The notes beneath the pieces were generated by a model that was not told the origin of the DNA, made no database searches, and worked only from the letters and a program-made list of their open reading frames with translations. Positions 9,855 to 20,053 of a DNA stretch of 64,000 nt are shown here, piece after piece. The position numbers and the translations under genes are program-made. Each line of letters opens with the position of its first letter. The first letter of the stretch is position 1. The DNA is from an uncultured Candidatus Saccharibacteria bacterium. GTDB lineage: Bacteria > Patescibacteriota > WWE3 > 2-01-FULL-39-13. Location: positions 792,935-856,934 of the forward strand of contig OZ246395.1 of assembly GCA_965230915.1 (NCBI GenBank). The letters run 5' to 3'.

Positions 9855-10703
9855 TTAATTTGCCTCAGTTAACTTAGCAGGCGCAACACCTAGATTAAAT
9901 AACCCTATTCCCATTATCATGTATGCCAAAATATATAAGTAATCACTAGGGCCACCTGAATAAAATGTTTCCTTATATATATCGTATGTGTAAAAAACAT
10001 CAGCTATATACTGTACAACTAGAGCTAGTAACAACAAAAGCACTTTAGACTTCATTCGACCTCCTAAGATATTTCGGGACAAAAAGAAAGCGAGAATTGC
10101 AAAAGCTAATGAAACAGACTGACCTATTGGGTAACCAATTTCAAGCAAAATAACTACTGGGTCTGGGTGCGAAAAGTCATATGTACTTATAAAGATTCCA
10201 TAGGATACAGCGAACCCAATTGCAACCATTAAAGTTATAAAAAGTAAAGAATAGATTTTAGCACTCGTATCTCTAAGCTTAACTTTGATACCCGCGGCTA
10301 CACTTATAAACCACGTACCTATTATGTAAATAGGTATACTGCCAAAATAGAAAATTTCTCCGAATGAAGGATATGCGACTTCAATATTATATGTATATCT
10401 AAAGAAGGCATAGCTTAGCTGACCTAGAAATTGAAATAGCAAACCCACTGACAAAAAAATTAGAGCTTTCCCAACAATACTGCGGAATCCATCCCACTGC
10501 CGATAAAATGAAAGTCCAAGTAATCCACCTAGCAAAGCAATAATCCCATATGAGTCTGTGTATATACTAAACAAATAGTTATCTTTATCGGGATATTCAA
10601 TATGGAGATAAATGATTGCTAAAGAATAAACAAAAAATAGAAGTACTAATATCCCAAAAGTGACTCTTCTCAATATCATTATCGAATTAGACATTAATTC
10701 CAT
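9855..10703 (-). CDS. Polytopic membrane protein (about 8 TM), unknown function
   Basis: 282 aa, strongly hydrophobic, with periodic TM segments. Confidence 0.4.
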   Translation of the reverse strand: MELMSNSIMILRRVTFGILVLLFFVYSLAIIYLHIEYPDKDNYLFSIYTDSYGIIALLGGLLGLSFYRQWDGFRSIVGKALIFLSVGLLFQFLGQLSYAFFRYTYNIEVAYPSFGEIFYFGSIPIYIIGTWFISVAAGIKVKLRDTSAKIYSLLFITLMVAIGFAVSYGIFISTYDFSHPDPVVILLEIGYPIGQSVSLAFAILAFFLSRNILGGRMKSKVLLLLLALVVQYIADVFYTYDIYKETFYSGGPSDYLYILAYMIMGIGLFNLGVAPAKLTEAN

Positions 10704-10783
10704 TCTATAATCGAAAATTTATTTGTGCAAGAAATCTATTTTTAGGTAGAATTAGGAAAGCAGTTATAGGTTTATTTATAATA

Positions 10784-11701
10784 TTGAAAGATAAAGACCG
10801 ATCCGAAATACCAGATTATCCAATTTTCAAAAAGATTAAATGGGAACATAAGTCCTATATAGAAAAATTTAACACACAATTACTCCCCTATTGTGACTTC
10901 TCCTTCTCGAATTTATATATATGGAAACCGGATGAATTTGAGACAGAGTTATCGACCCTTAATGAAAATTTAATTATTAAAACTAAAAATATACAGACAA
11001 ATAAAATAAATATATCCCTTTTAGGTACTAATTTAATAGTTGAAACTATTAAAATACTACTCGAAGACTTCGGAGAAATATCACTATTCCCGGATGAATT
11101 ACTTAAATTCATACCAAATGAACATTTCAGAATACTAGAAGATCCCAATAATCATGATTACATACTTTCTACTGAAAGAATATCTGCTCTAGAGGGTAAA
11201 CGTTTTTTGAGCAAAAGAAAGCGTATTAATAAATTTCAGAGAGAATATCCTAATAGTAAGGTTATGATTCTTGATAATTCCGATAAAAATAAACTAACTG
11301 AGACTGTATTAGGTGTATTTCAGAAATGGAAATCATCAAAAAAAAACTTCTTAAATTACAATGAACAAACTGAGGTTACTGCCATAAAAAGGCTAATGGA
11401 TATAGCAAATTACAGCGACATTGAAATATGGACACTTGAAATTGATGGTGAAACTAAAGCATTTACAACAATAGAGTATGTGAACAAGGAATACGCTATA
11501 TCTAGTTTCGCTAAATCAGATTTATCCTATCCGGATGCTAATGTATATTTAACATATAAAACAGCTGAATATTTACATAACGTAAAAAACGTAGAGTTTT
11601 TAAACCATGAACAAGATCTAGGCATTATTAATCTTAGGTCGGAGAAATTATCTTGGAGACCAGTTAATTTGTTAAAAAAATATATTATTAAAAATGTCTG
11701 A
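10784..11701 (+). CDS. DUF2156 (MprF C-terminal, FemAB/GNAT-like) domain protein, with a TTG start
   Basis: 305 aa. The motif YCDFSFSNLYIWK resembles the conserved SFxNLYxW of the aminoacyl-tRNA-dependent transferase domain. The start codon reads as TTG. Confidence 0.4.
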   Translation: MKDKDRSEIPDYPIFKKIKWEHKSYIEKFNTQLLPYCDFSFSNLYIWKPDEFETELSTLNENLIIKTKNIQTNKINISLLGTNLIVETIKILLEDFGEISLFPDELLKFIPNEHFRILEDPNNHDYILSTERISALEGKRFLSKRKRINKFQREYPNSKVMILDNSDKNKLTETVLGVFQKWKSSKKNFLNYNEQTEVTAIKRLMDIANYSDIEIWTLEIDGETKAFTTIEYVNKEYAISSFAKSDLSYPDANVYLTYKTAEYLHNVKNVEFLNHEQDLGIINLRSEKLSWRPVNLLKKYIIKNV

Positions 11702-12620
11702 TTGGTTAATATATCCAGCTGTAGCTGCATTTTTATGGGCTTCGGTAAACCACCTTGATAAATATATACTTTCTAAATATTGTAAGGAGAGGGAGGTCGG
11801 AGGGTTAGTAATATTTTCCGGACTTATTGCGGTTCCAATCTTATTACTCCTACTATTAATTGATCCGAATATTATTTTAGGGAAAAGTATTGAATCTATT
11901 ATCTTCGTGGTATTAAGCGGCGCATGTTATATTGCGGCTATAATTCCTTACTTATATGCACTCGATACTGATGATGTATCAACAGTAGCACCACAAATGA
12001 TACTAATACCTGTTATATCTGCGATCTTCGCATATATTTTCCTTAGTGAAACATTAACTTTTATACAATTGCTAGGAACATGTATCACTATTATTGGTTC
12101 TATCCTCATATCCTTAGACATAAGAGATGTACTAAAGACTAGATTTAAATCTAGAGTATTCTTTTTAATGCTTATCTCATCAGTGTTTATGTCTTTAAAT
12201 GTATTTTTCTTTAGGTATGCAGCAGTAGCCGAAGATTTCATTTCTGAAGTTTTTTGGCTTCATTTAGGTTATCTTTTGATAACAATAATTATTTTTATTT
12301 TTATAAAATCGTATCGACAACAATTTATTAAGCTTATAAAAATCAATCCAAAAGGGATAATCTCTATTAATTTTATCAGTGAAGTTACTACAATTGGAGG
12401 AAATCTCTTAGTTCACTATGCAACTTTATTAGCCCCTATAGCGTTAGTAGAAGTAGCTGTTGAGGGTATACAACCCTTTTTTGTTCTAGCAATAAGTATA
12501 ATCATTACAGTTTTTCATCCGAGTTTAGGAAAAGAACACCTCAACTACAAAGAAACATTTTTGAAATTAGGAGCAATCACCTTAATGGCAATCGGAATCA
12601 TCCTAATCAACATATCCTAG
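11694..12620 (+). CDS. EamA/DMT superfamily transporter
   Basis: 308 aa with about 10 TM segments in two repeated halves. Confidence 0.65.
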   Translation: MSDWLIYPAVAAFLWASVNHLDKYILSKYCKEREVGGLVIFSGLIAVPILLLLLLIDPNIILGKSIESIIFVVLSGACYIAAIIPYLYALDTDDVSTVAPQMILIPVISAIFAYIFLSETLTFIQLLGTCITIIGSILISLDIRDVLKTRFKSRVFFLMLISSVFMSLNVFFFRYAAVAEDFISEVFWLHLGYLLITIIIFIFIKSYRQQFIKLIKINPKGIISINFISEVTTIGGNLLVHYATLLAPIALVEVAVEGIQPFFVLAISIIITVFHPSLGKEHLNYKETFLKLGAITLMAIGIILINIS

Positions 12621-12636
12621 TCCTCCATTAGCCAAT

Positions 12637-12678
12637 AAAAAAAGGGCGGTGCAGGTTACCCTGCGACCACCCTTTTTG
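12637..12678. terminator. Bidirectional rho-independent terminator between convergent genes
   Basis: Stem GGGCGGTGCAGG / CCTGCGACCACCC with a ttac loop, flanked by an A-tract and a T-tract. Confidence 0.7.
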
Positions 12679-12693
12679 GATGAATCCTTTAAA

Positions 12694-13422
12694 TTAGTTA
12701 GAGATCTTTTTAAGACCAAATCCTACTAAAATTAATCCTAATGATATAGATCCGGCAAGAATCAAGTTTGCCTTTTCTTTCTGGCTGACTTCTAATGATC
12801 CTCCAGTTACTGGCAATCTCTTTGGAGATTCTTTACCTTTTACCTTTGGTAGTTCGAGACAGAAATTTGCATAGTCTGAATCGTCTACTTTTTCATCGCT
12901 ATTTTCTAACTCACCTTTTGCTTTCGCAATGTTTGTTAAACAGATACGATCGTTTTTTGGAAGATCGCTAGATACTTTAGCTGTAAATTCAAATTCTTTT
13001 GATTCTCCAGCATCTAAAGTGAATTCGTCGAATTCTACTTTAGTGTTGTTATCTTTTCCGTCTCCATCTCCGTTTCTGTATTTAACGAATGAAGGTAATA
13101 TATCTTCTAATTTAATGTTCTCGATTGTAATATCGCCTACGTTTTTTACGACGATACTAAAAGTTATAGTTTCGCCTGCTCTAAATGTATAAGGATGTGA
13201 TCCTCCGCTAGCTTTAATATGATCTTCAAAATCTCCTGTTTCAGGATTTTTGATCTTTTTGTTAACTTCTAGATCTCCTTCTTTATCTTCGATACAAGTT
13301 TCACCACCACCGTACTGATCTACACAAACCTTCTTTGCGTAAGAATTAACGGTACTTATTTGTAGAGCTCCGATGCTTAAGATTAATGCACCAAGAACTT
13401 GCAAGACTTTAATAGTATTCAT
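12694..13422 (-). CDS. Sortase-anchored surface protein (DUF11 repeat, LPVTG sorting signal)
   Basis: Signal peptide, then a DUF11-like segment (ITFSIVVKNVGDITIENIKLEDILP). The C-terminus has LPVTGG followed by a hydrophobic stretch and a KK tail. Confidence 0.7.
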   Translation of the reverse strand: MNTIKVLQVLGALILSIGALQISTVNSYAKKVCVDQYGGGETCIEDKEGDLEVNKKIKNPETGDFEDHIKASGGSHPYTFRAGETITFSIVVKNVGDITIENIKLEDILPSFVKYRNGDGDGKDNNTKVEFDEFTLDAGESKEFEFTAKVSSDLPKNDRICLTNIAKAKGELENSDEKVDDSDYANFCLELPKVKGKESPKRLPVTGGSLEVSQKEKANLILAGSISLGLILVGFGLKKISN

Positions 13423-13465
13423 GGCAGTCTTAGTTTTGGGGCAGAAACTAACAATTAAATATTAA

Positions 13466-13501
13466 TGGGCGTATTATAAACCCTATAGTAGCAGATGTCA
13501 A
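13466..13501 (-). promoter_or_regulatory. Consensus sigma70-like promoter (TTGACA-17-TATAAT) for the LPVTG protein gene
   Basis: On the minus strand the -35 is at 13496-13501 and the -10 at 13473-13478. A CCCTATAG motif sits in the spacer. Confidence 0.55.
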
Positions 13502-16500
13502 GTCTTATAGCGCCTTGACCCATAGAAGCTCAGTATACCATAAATCGTCGACAAAACCGCAAGGAATAGGGCAAATACGAGGTATCCCCCTATTTGCAAT
13601 AACTGCGGCCAGAAAATTATAGCGTAATTTGATATATCCTCTTGATTATCTATATGCCAACCGTTAGCCCAGTTATTATACAAAAAATGGCTTGATTTAG
13701 GCGTTTTACAGAAGCCGGGGGAAACTATCCCTAAAAAACAGCTATTTAGGTCCAATAGTACCCACCCATTATCAAATGATTGATTTAGCACTAAATTAAG
13801 GCCTTTTTCGAGGTTTGCGCCAGTTAGGTCAATATTATATTGATATAAAGCCTTTTTCGTTACGGTAATTTGGTCGGCACTTGTAACTAGGTTATTGCCT
13901 AGATCTTTTATTGCAACCTCTTTAAACCATGCATATGGAAGATACTTAACATCAACGCCATATAGGTTGTTTTGGGTCGGAATTCGCCCAATTGAAGAGT
14001 TATTTAAGCTTATATTTACGCCCCCAGCACTTGTGTACGAAGGCAGTAAATAAGATTCTTTGCCTCCATTTAACCTTTCTTGTAAAAGACATTTACCTAT
14101 ATTTATCCCCCAGAAACAGACGTCGAAGCCCTGGCCGCTCAATTTTTCGGTGTCAAAAGTTACCATATAGCTGGCGTTTGTATTTATAATCGATGATTCT
14201 AAGGTGTCGCAAGAAATAGCGTCTTCTGCATAATATTGATAAGCGTCACGTCCTCCTAAATTGATCAAATCGCGTTTGTAGCTTTTTTCGCTAAATTCGT
14301 CGCAACTTCCTACCTGGGAATTGTATTTTTTACTTCCAGCCAAGTAATTAGATGAAAGTTCATCATACTCGGGTAATTTCACCTTTAGTGGAAAATCCGA
14401 CGCTTTTATTGAAATATTCTTTTCTAATCCCCTTAAGGCTGGATTTAATAATTTACGGACACTTTTAACATCAAATCTTTCGATTTTTATATTTTTGAAT
14501 TGTCCAGATACTGCTGCGTTTTGATCAGTAGAAGCCAGAACCAAAACAAACCTGACAACCTCGGGATGATCTATCAAAACATAATCTTCATATGAGTTAA
14601 ATCCTTCAACCGATAATTCTGGACGACTTTTATATTGTTGGTTATGACACTCACCGGTCTGTGTATCACTTAAACAATACATCGGAACTGCCGCATCGGA
14701 ATTTTTATAATCAAATGAAATTTTATATATTACAGAAGACGAATTACTAATTCGATCTTCGAAATTTAGACACCCTGTTAAGCCATCTTCGGTTTCGAGG
14801 CCGACACTTTTTTCGGATTCATTATAAATTTTGCCGACTCCGCCTTCCCCGCCACTACAGTCAGTTGCAACTGCAGAATATGATGTGTCGCTATAATCAA
14901 AAATTCCGGAATTAGTTTGGCTGAATTCTACAATATCAGATGACTCATCAATTAATCCCTGAAATTTCAAATCATTAGATTTTAATAAAACATTATTTAT
15001 TAGAATTTGGTTTGCTCCGGTTGAAATCGCAGGAAATAAATCTTGCGGAACATTGGTGAAGATTGCATCGCCCTTATTATTGTAAATTTCCGGATATATA
15101 TACTTAACCTGCAATTGAGAGTTCTGCAAACTAAATTCAACCGGAATGGCTTCTCTTCTAGATGCAAATGGAATACTTACCGCATAAGTTTTGTTAGGAT
15201 CACTTTTTGCATCATTTTGTATATTTATTTCAAATTCTTTTGAATCATTTAATTTATTTAAATCGACTGAATCAAAAATATTATTTTGATAATAATCGAC
15301 GACCTTCGCTACATAGTTAGTGTCGTAGTATGAATAATCATCTTCATAATTAATTTCACGAGTGGGAACAATATCTTTTGGAATTTCTATATAATTTTCT
15401 GAAATAGTTGGGTTTCTAAAATCATAAACCTCGATATTTCCGAATGTACTTGAAAGTTTTAGATCTTTAGTTTTGCTTAATAATTGTGAAGTCTCTTTAT
15501 AAAATAAAGATTGAGGAGTATTCGGAGAAATTATGTTTTTATCCAAAATCACATAAGACACATCATATTTCTTTAGCAAATACTGAAGTAACTCTTGATC
15601 TTCGTTATAAATCGCATATTGCAGCTCTGTATAAAATTGCTCATTCGCCGGATGCCATCTATCAAAATCGCGGGTAACAAATGATTGAGCTAAACCAAAC
15701 CACGCAAAACCGGCACCCTGATAGCCTTCGCTCCCCCAATCATAATATTGCCACCCGTATAAACTGTTTGCGGGTAAATATACAATTCTTTTGTTCGGAT
15801 TTTCCTTTTCGAATTTATCAAATAGATTTCGATATTCGATCGGAAACTTAATTTGCATTTCTTTTGAAATTAAATTTCCCGTAAAAAATGGATACATATA
15901 TAAGATTGGCAATGCAATCAAAACCCATAAAATTGTCTTTTTAATTTGCGGAGTTATTTTATTTGTAAGGTCCAGTAAGAAAATAATCCCAACGACAAAG
16001 AATAAGCTGTAGCCGAATTGTAATAAGATAGAAAATTTCGAATATGGAAATCTAAGTCCTTCTCTAAATAGTTCAAAGTGTTCTCGTAAGTAATACCAAA
16101 TCGGAGCCAAAATTCCGTTTGCACCAATAACCATAAAAAGCCATAAACCGAAAACTGGAATTAGCGAGATCAAAACTTTTTTATTTTTTAAAATTGATGC
16201 AACTATCCCAACTATAATAATCGCGAAAAATAAAAGTCCGATAAATAGCACTAACGGATTCGCCATATAACCGCGCCAAAAATCCATTAGGTATCCGTTT
16301 TGTCCTGTTGTGTATTTATAGTCGAGCCACCCAAATAAAAATCCTCTTAAAATCGGAAAATCCAACCATGTTCCCCATTTGGTGCTGTATAAAAATGCTT
16401 CTTCGGAAAATAAACTGTTAATTTTTGATGCCGAGACCGAATCGGAATAGTTTTTTATGTAATATAGATTTGGAAGAATCCAATAGAGATTTAGTAAAAT

Positions 16501-17196
16501 GAATGCTGCTCCAATATATATAGATCGCAACAAAACTTTTATTCGATCATTACTTATTAGTAAGTAAACAAATAAAAACCCTGCAACCGAGCCAATTAGG
16601 GCATAATATAAAACCGGTGCATAACCTTGTGGAGTTCCCAAGAATATAAACAAACACAGCAATAAATAATCTTTTAATTTGGCTTTTCGGATAAATTTTA
16701 AAACATACAAAAATATCCAAGGAAGCACCATGAACTGAGCATTAAACATTTCAAATGGGACAAAGAAGATTTGAAGTGTACCCAGATTAAAGATGTAAAA
16801 AGATGTGGCCAAAAGCGCCAACAAATTTTTATGCGGACGATGTTTAAATAGATATTTACCCAAAAAGTACATTCCCAGCGAACCTATTAAAAGGGTCAAA
16901 AAAAAGTATGAATATCGCAAAATCGAAACCGGCATTACAAAAGAAGCAAGCCATAGATAAATAAATCGTGGAATGTCTGACGCATGAGCGTGTCCACCGG
17001 CTGTACCTAATCCCTGGTATTCGTTCCAAACGCCGAAAAATTGTCTTTGGAAATTTATGCCGAAATTGAATTCATCGCTTAAGCTATCCCAGCCTAAAAG
17101 CCATGTACCAGAAATATGGTTGGCAAAGGCTAATATTAATACGACCACAGAAATGGCAATAGGATATAAAAACCGACGTGGAAGATCCGCCTTCAT
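13498..17196 (-). CDS. Giant GT-C-fold membrane glycosyltransferase-like protein (YfhO/PMT-like N-terminal TM domain plus an ~800-aa extracytoplasmic domain)
   Basis: 1232 aa. The N-terminal ~450 aa carry 12 or more TM helices. The gene is directly downstream of a DPM-synthase-like GT2 gene. Confidence 0.55.
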   Translation of the reverse strand: MKADLPRRFLYPIAISVVVLILAFANHISGTWLLGWDSLSDEFNFGINFQRQFFGVWNEYQGLGTAGGHAHASDIPRFIYLWLASFVMPVSILRYSYFFLTLLIGSLGMYFLGKYLFKHRPHKNLLALLATSFYIFNLGTLQIFFVPFEMFNAQFMVLPWIFLYVLKFIRKAKLKDYLLLCLFIFLGTPQGYAPVLYYALIGSVAGFLFVYLLISNDRIKVLLRSIYIGAAFILLNLYWILPNLYYIKNYSDSVSASKINSLFSEEAFLYSTKWGTWLDFPILRGFLFGWLDYKYTTGQNGYLMDFWRGYMANPLVLFIGLLFFAIIIVGIVASILKNKKVLISLIPVFGLWLFMVIGANGILAPIWYYLREHFELFREGLRFPYSKFSILLQFGYSLFFVVGIIFLLDLTNKITPQIKKTILWVLIALPILYMYPFFTGNLISKEMQIKFPIEYRNLFDKFEKENPNKRIVYLPANSLYGWQYYDWGSEGYQGAGFAWFGLAQSFVTRDFDRWHPANEQFYTELQYAIYNEDQELLQYLLKKYDVSYVILDKNIISPNTPQSLFYKETSQLLSKTKDLKLSSTFGNIEVYDFRNPTISENYIEIPKDIVPTREINYEDDYSYYDTNYVAKVVDYYQNNIFDSVDLNKLNDSKEFEINIQNDAKSDPNKTYAVSIPFASRREAIPVEFSLQNSQLQVKYIYPEIYNNKGDAIFTNVPQDLFPAISTGANQILINNVLLKSNDLKFQGLIDESSDIVEFSQTNSGIFDYSDTSYSAVATDCSGGEGGVGKIYNESEKSVGLETEDGLTGCLNFEDRISNSSSVIYKISFDYKNSDAAVPMYCLSDTQTGECHNQQYKSRPELSVEGFNSYEDYVLIDHPEVVRFVLVLASTDQNAAVSGQFKNIKIERFDVKSVRKLLNPALRGLEKNISIKASDFPLKVKLPEYDELSSNYLAGSKKYNSQVGSCDEFSEKSYKRDLINLGGRDAYQYYAEDAISCDTLESSIINTNASYMVTFDTEKLSGQGFDVCFWGINIGKCLLQERLNGGKESYLLPSYTSAGGVNISLNNSSIGRIPTQNNLYGVDVKYLPYAWFKEVAIKDLGNNLVTSADQITVTKKALYQYNIDLTGANLEKGLNLVLNQSFDNGWVLLDLNSCFLGIVSPGFCKTPKSSHFLYNNWANGWHIDNQEDISNYAIIFWPQLLQIGGYLVFALFLAVLSTIYGILSFYGSRRYKT

Positions 17197-17230
17197 TACT
17201 AAAGTGTACTTTAATTATGGAGATTAGACA

Positions 17231-17265
17231 CGAATCAATCCCTACCAAGCAGGGATTGAAATTCG
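17231..17265. terminator. Stem-loop (CAATCCCT/AGGGATTG, extendable to 13 bp) between the GT2 and GT-C genes; possible attenuator
   Basis: Seen in the sequence. There is no strong U-tract, so read-through is likely. Confidence 0.35.
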
Positions 17266-17269
17266 TTAC

Positions 17270-18046
17270 TTAAGGAAGTACTGCTAATTTAGCTTGTTTT
17301 GTAAGCCCAAATTTAGGCATACTTTCTTTAGCTAATAAGTAACTTAATATGAAAGTGTCTCTGACAGCTTTAAAAATAACTTTTAGATTACTTCCGGTAG
17401 AAGATCCAAATTGTCTTTTATAGTGGTTAACTCCGATTTGTTTAAATTTGTAACCGTTTCTATATGACTTTAATAAAAATTCAGTTGTGACCATAGCCCC
17501 ATCACTAACTAATGGGCTGGCAGCAACAATAACTTCTTTTCTTATTAATTTAAAAGCACAATCAATATCTCTTATTGATCTTGGGAATCCTAAAAAGATT
17601 CTATTCCAGACTTTTAGAGTATCGGCTAACAATTTTCTTTTGAACCCTTCCGCTCTGACTTTTCTATAACCAATAACAAGGTCATTATTTTTAGCAAAAG
17701 GAATGAATTTTGTGATTTCGTTTAAATCAAATTGTAAATCTCCGTCGCTAAAAAATACCCAATCATATTTGGCTTCTTTAAAACCTCTTTTTACGGCTCC
17801 TCCGTATCCTTTGTTTCTTTGAGATACTAATCTCACAGAAGGATATTTCGCCTCTAATTTTTTAGCAATTTCTCTTGTTTTGTCTTTACTACCATCGTTT
17901 ACTAAAACGATCTCGAATTTTTCAGCTACTTTTGGGAAAACTTTTAATGATTCGGCGACTAGTTTTTCTACATTTGCTTCCTCGTTGTATAGAGGAAAGA
18001 AGACTGAAAGTCCTTTAAGTTTTAGGGTAGGTTTACTTACTTTCAT
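17270..18046 (-). CDS. GT2 polyprenol-phosphate sugar synthase (dolichol-phosphate mannosyltransferase-like)
   Basis: 258 aa with the motifs LYNEE, VLVNDGSKDKT and FSDGDLQ typical of the DPM1/Ppm1 family. A -10-like TACCAT box lies 6 nt before the ATG, so the transcript may be leaderless. Confidence 0.8.
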   Translation of the reverse strand: MKVSKPTLKLKGLSVFFPLYNEEANVEKLVAESLKVFPKVAEKFEIVLVNDGSKDKTREIAKKLEAKYPSVRLVSQRNKGYGGAVKRGFKEAKYDWVFFSDGDLQFDLNEITKFIPFAKNNDLVIGYRKVRAEGFKRKLLADTLKVWNRIFLGFPRSIRDIDCAFKLIRKEVIVAASPLVSDGAMVTTEFLLKSYRNGYKFKQIGVNHYKRQFGSSTGSNLKVIFKAVRDTFILSYLLAKESMPKFGLTKQAKLAVLP

Positions 18047-18128
18047 AGACCTATGGTAACAAGCTATAGGGTATGTGTCAAGCCCAAAAGTGGACTTAAA
18101 AATAGCCTATAAATTGAGTGAAATAAGT

Positions 18129-18593
18129 TTATTCTGTGTAGCCTAAGGTACATCCCCACGGACATTTAACGATAACCGGGTAGTAGGCTCCTAGTTCAGT
18201 ATCATTAGGCCTTATAATTGTTGGGATGGCTGCGTCGCCTGTACCAACTGGTTCAATATATTTATTTTCGCTGTAGCTCCAAACAAGAATGTCAGAGTTT
18301 GTTAAAACGTCCCTGTCTCCATCGTAGAAACAGACATCATTTTCAGCTAAAGGTATATTTGTGCCTATCCATTCTCGGCATGGCTTTGTATTTTCTGGCC
18401 CTCTAGTTGTAACTACTGAGCGAGCTGAAGCTTCTAATTTTGAAGCCTTTTCTGTAAGAGCAGAAACTTCTAATTTAAGCTTGTTATTTAGATTGAAATA
18501 ATCGTAAGCAACATACCCTACACCTACTAAAAATAGTGTTACGACGATCGAATAGTATAAATAATAATTTGTATTTATTTTTAGATTAAACAT
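18129..18593 (-). CDS. Small N-terminally anchored extracytoplasmic protein
   Basis: 154 aa with one TM segment and a Cys-containing C-terminal domain. Unknown function. Confidence 0.35.
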   Translation of the reverse strand: MFNLKINTNYYLYYSIVVTLFLVGVGYVAYDYFNLNNKLKLEVSALTEKASKLEASARSVVTTRGPENTKPCREWIGTNIPLAENDVCFYDGDRDVLTNSDILVWSYSENKYIEPVGTGDAAIPTIIRPNDTELGAYYPVIVKCPWGCTLGYTE

Positions 18594-18650
18594 ATTTTTG
18601 AATCCTTCTTAAATTCAACAAATTGCTTTTTTGATTTTAAGAAAAACTGT

Positions 18651-18753
18651 GAAGACGGCGAGAAGAAAGAAGAAGGGGTGTATTTTTTATAGTCGATGTG
18701 ACTGTAAAAAAGTGTCTATTTACACCTCCTTTCTCTTTTTCTCTGCCGTCTTC
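18651..18753. terminator. About 103-bp imperfect inverted repeat (32-nt arms) with a U-tract on the minus strand; terminator of gene A and the left edge of the high-GC block
   Basis: The arms GAAGACGGCGAGAAGAAAGAAGAAGGGGTGTA and TACACCTCCTTTCTCTTTTTCTCTGCCGTCTTC were read directly. Minus-strand CAGTTTTTCTT follows. Confidence 0.55.
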
Positions 18754-18771
18754 GAACGAACACAAACATGA

Positions 18772-19905
18772 CTACCTCACGACATCGGTTGTGGCGATTG
18801 CCAACACCTCGTTGCCGGAGATAACCGCGATGCGCACATGCACGACGTTGCATCCCATGGGGACGGAACAATTCGCGCCAGCGTTCGCTGCGGTTGGTTT
18901 GTTAAGGACTGTATCCCGATTGAGCATATTGCCCGTAACGTGAGACATTCCCGCCCAAATGGCCTGAGGGAGATATTCACCCCACCAGTACCGACCCCAA
19001 ACCGTAAACCCGCTGTCAACGTGTTGATCTTCATACGAAGACGTAACGTTGCCAACGTTAATGATCATGAGCGCGCAACCGTCGCCGGTGTCCTGCTCGC
19101 CGTCACCATCTGTGTCTTTGGTGCTACCAATACAAGTCCCTAACGGGGCGATGTTGTAGTCACCGGTGATGATACGGTAATGCTGCGCCGGAGTGACAAT
19201 GTCACACAACTCTTCCTGCTGGCAAAACGATGATTCGGCCATGCCGTATTCCAAACCTTGAGAGGCTGGGTACGTCAAGTTCGGGTTCACCACGTTGTCA
19301 ACATTCGGAAACTGCTTCCAGATCCCCAAATCCAGGTTATACCAAGGCCAGGCCTTGATATGCTCAGGAGCGAGGTTGGTGTAAGACACCGCCCATTGCC
19401 CTTGTGGCAAATTCGGTAAAACAACTGCTGCTTGCGCTGATGGCGATTGCGGCATCGACGCTTGGGTTAAACCTCCAACTGCTGCGGCACTTACTTCGCC
19501 TGTCGGGCTAGACAGATTAAAAGCATCTGTCGTAGGCACGGCGGCTACCGTCTGCGGCGTTGCTGTCGGAACCAAGATCACCTCGCTCGTAGGCGCGGCT
19601 GCAACTGCTTGCGCGGTTGCCGTTGGAACCAAAACTGGCGCTGCACCATTCGCTAGAGGAGCTTGTTGCGACACACTCGTCGGTGCACTGACTGACGGCA
19701 CTGATCCCCCAGGCTGGTTAGCCGGATTCACAATTGTCGTCGGCGTCGGCGCGACCTCAAGAGTCATAACGCTGCCAAGCTTGGCTTCGGGCTGGTTGGG
19801 CGCTGCTGTCTGGTTAATACTCCATATGGCAAGCCCTCCAATCACGAAGACCAAAATCCCTGTTAACACGATTGTTGCCAATCGGCGTTGCTCAGGTGTA
19901 CTCAT
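18772..19905 (-). CDS. Membrane-anchored exported protein with a Pro/Ala/Thr/Val-rich repeat linker and a Cys-containing C-terminal domain (DTDGDGEQDTGDGC calcium-binding-like motif)
   Basis: 377 aa, GC-rich. The terminal codons have GC-rich third positions. Confidence 0.5.
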   Translation of the reverse strand: MSTPEQRRLATIVLTGILVFVIGGLAIWSINQTAAPNQPEAKLGSVMTLEVAPTPTTIVNPANQPGGSVPSVSAPTSVSQQAPLANGAAPVLVPTATAQAVAAAPTSEVILVPTATPQTVAAVPTTDAFNLSSPTGEVSAAAVGGLTQASMPQSPSAQAAVVLPNLPQGQWAVSYTNLAPEHIKAWPWYNLDLGIWKQFPNVDNVVNPNLTYPASQGLEYGMAESSFCQQEELCDIVTPAQHYRIITGDYNIAPLGTCIGSTKDTDGDGEQDTGDGCALMIINVGNVTSSYEDQHVDSGFTVWGRYWWGEYLPQAIWAGMSHVTGNMLNRDTVLNKPTAANAGANCSVPMGCNVVHVRIAVISGNEVLAIATTDVVR

Positions 19906-19962
19906 TTGTACTTACCTTTCTAAGGGTCTCCCCTTCATACCACTCTCTCGATAAAAAACGGG

Positions 19963-20053
19963 TTAGTTCTTGATAATAGACACATCCAAAAAGCCTAAAT
20001 TAGCCCGATATGATAGGCCTATAAGCTTCCTCGATGTGTCCATCAAGAACTAA
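19963..20053. repeat. Composite hairpin (12-bp perfect outer stem plus an 8-bp inner stem) enclosing a GATATGATAGGCCTATA core
   Basis: 5' arm TTAGTTCTTGAT...GACACATC, 3' arm GATGTGTC...ATCAAGAACTAA. It lies 58 nt upstream of gene A's start. Confidence 0.45.

Noticed and set aside
18772-19905. Diversity-generating retroelement target, suggested by a C-terminal Cys-containing domain on a surface protein
   Set aside because: No reverse-transcriptase ORF (YxDD) or template-repeat/variable-repeat pair is detectable anywhere in the window.
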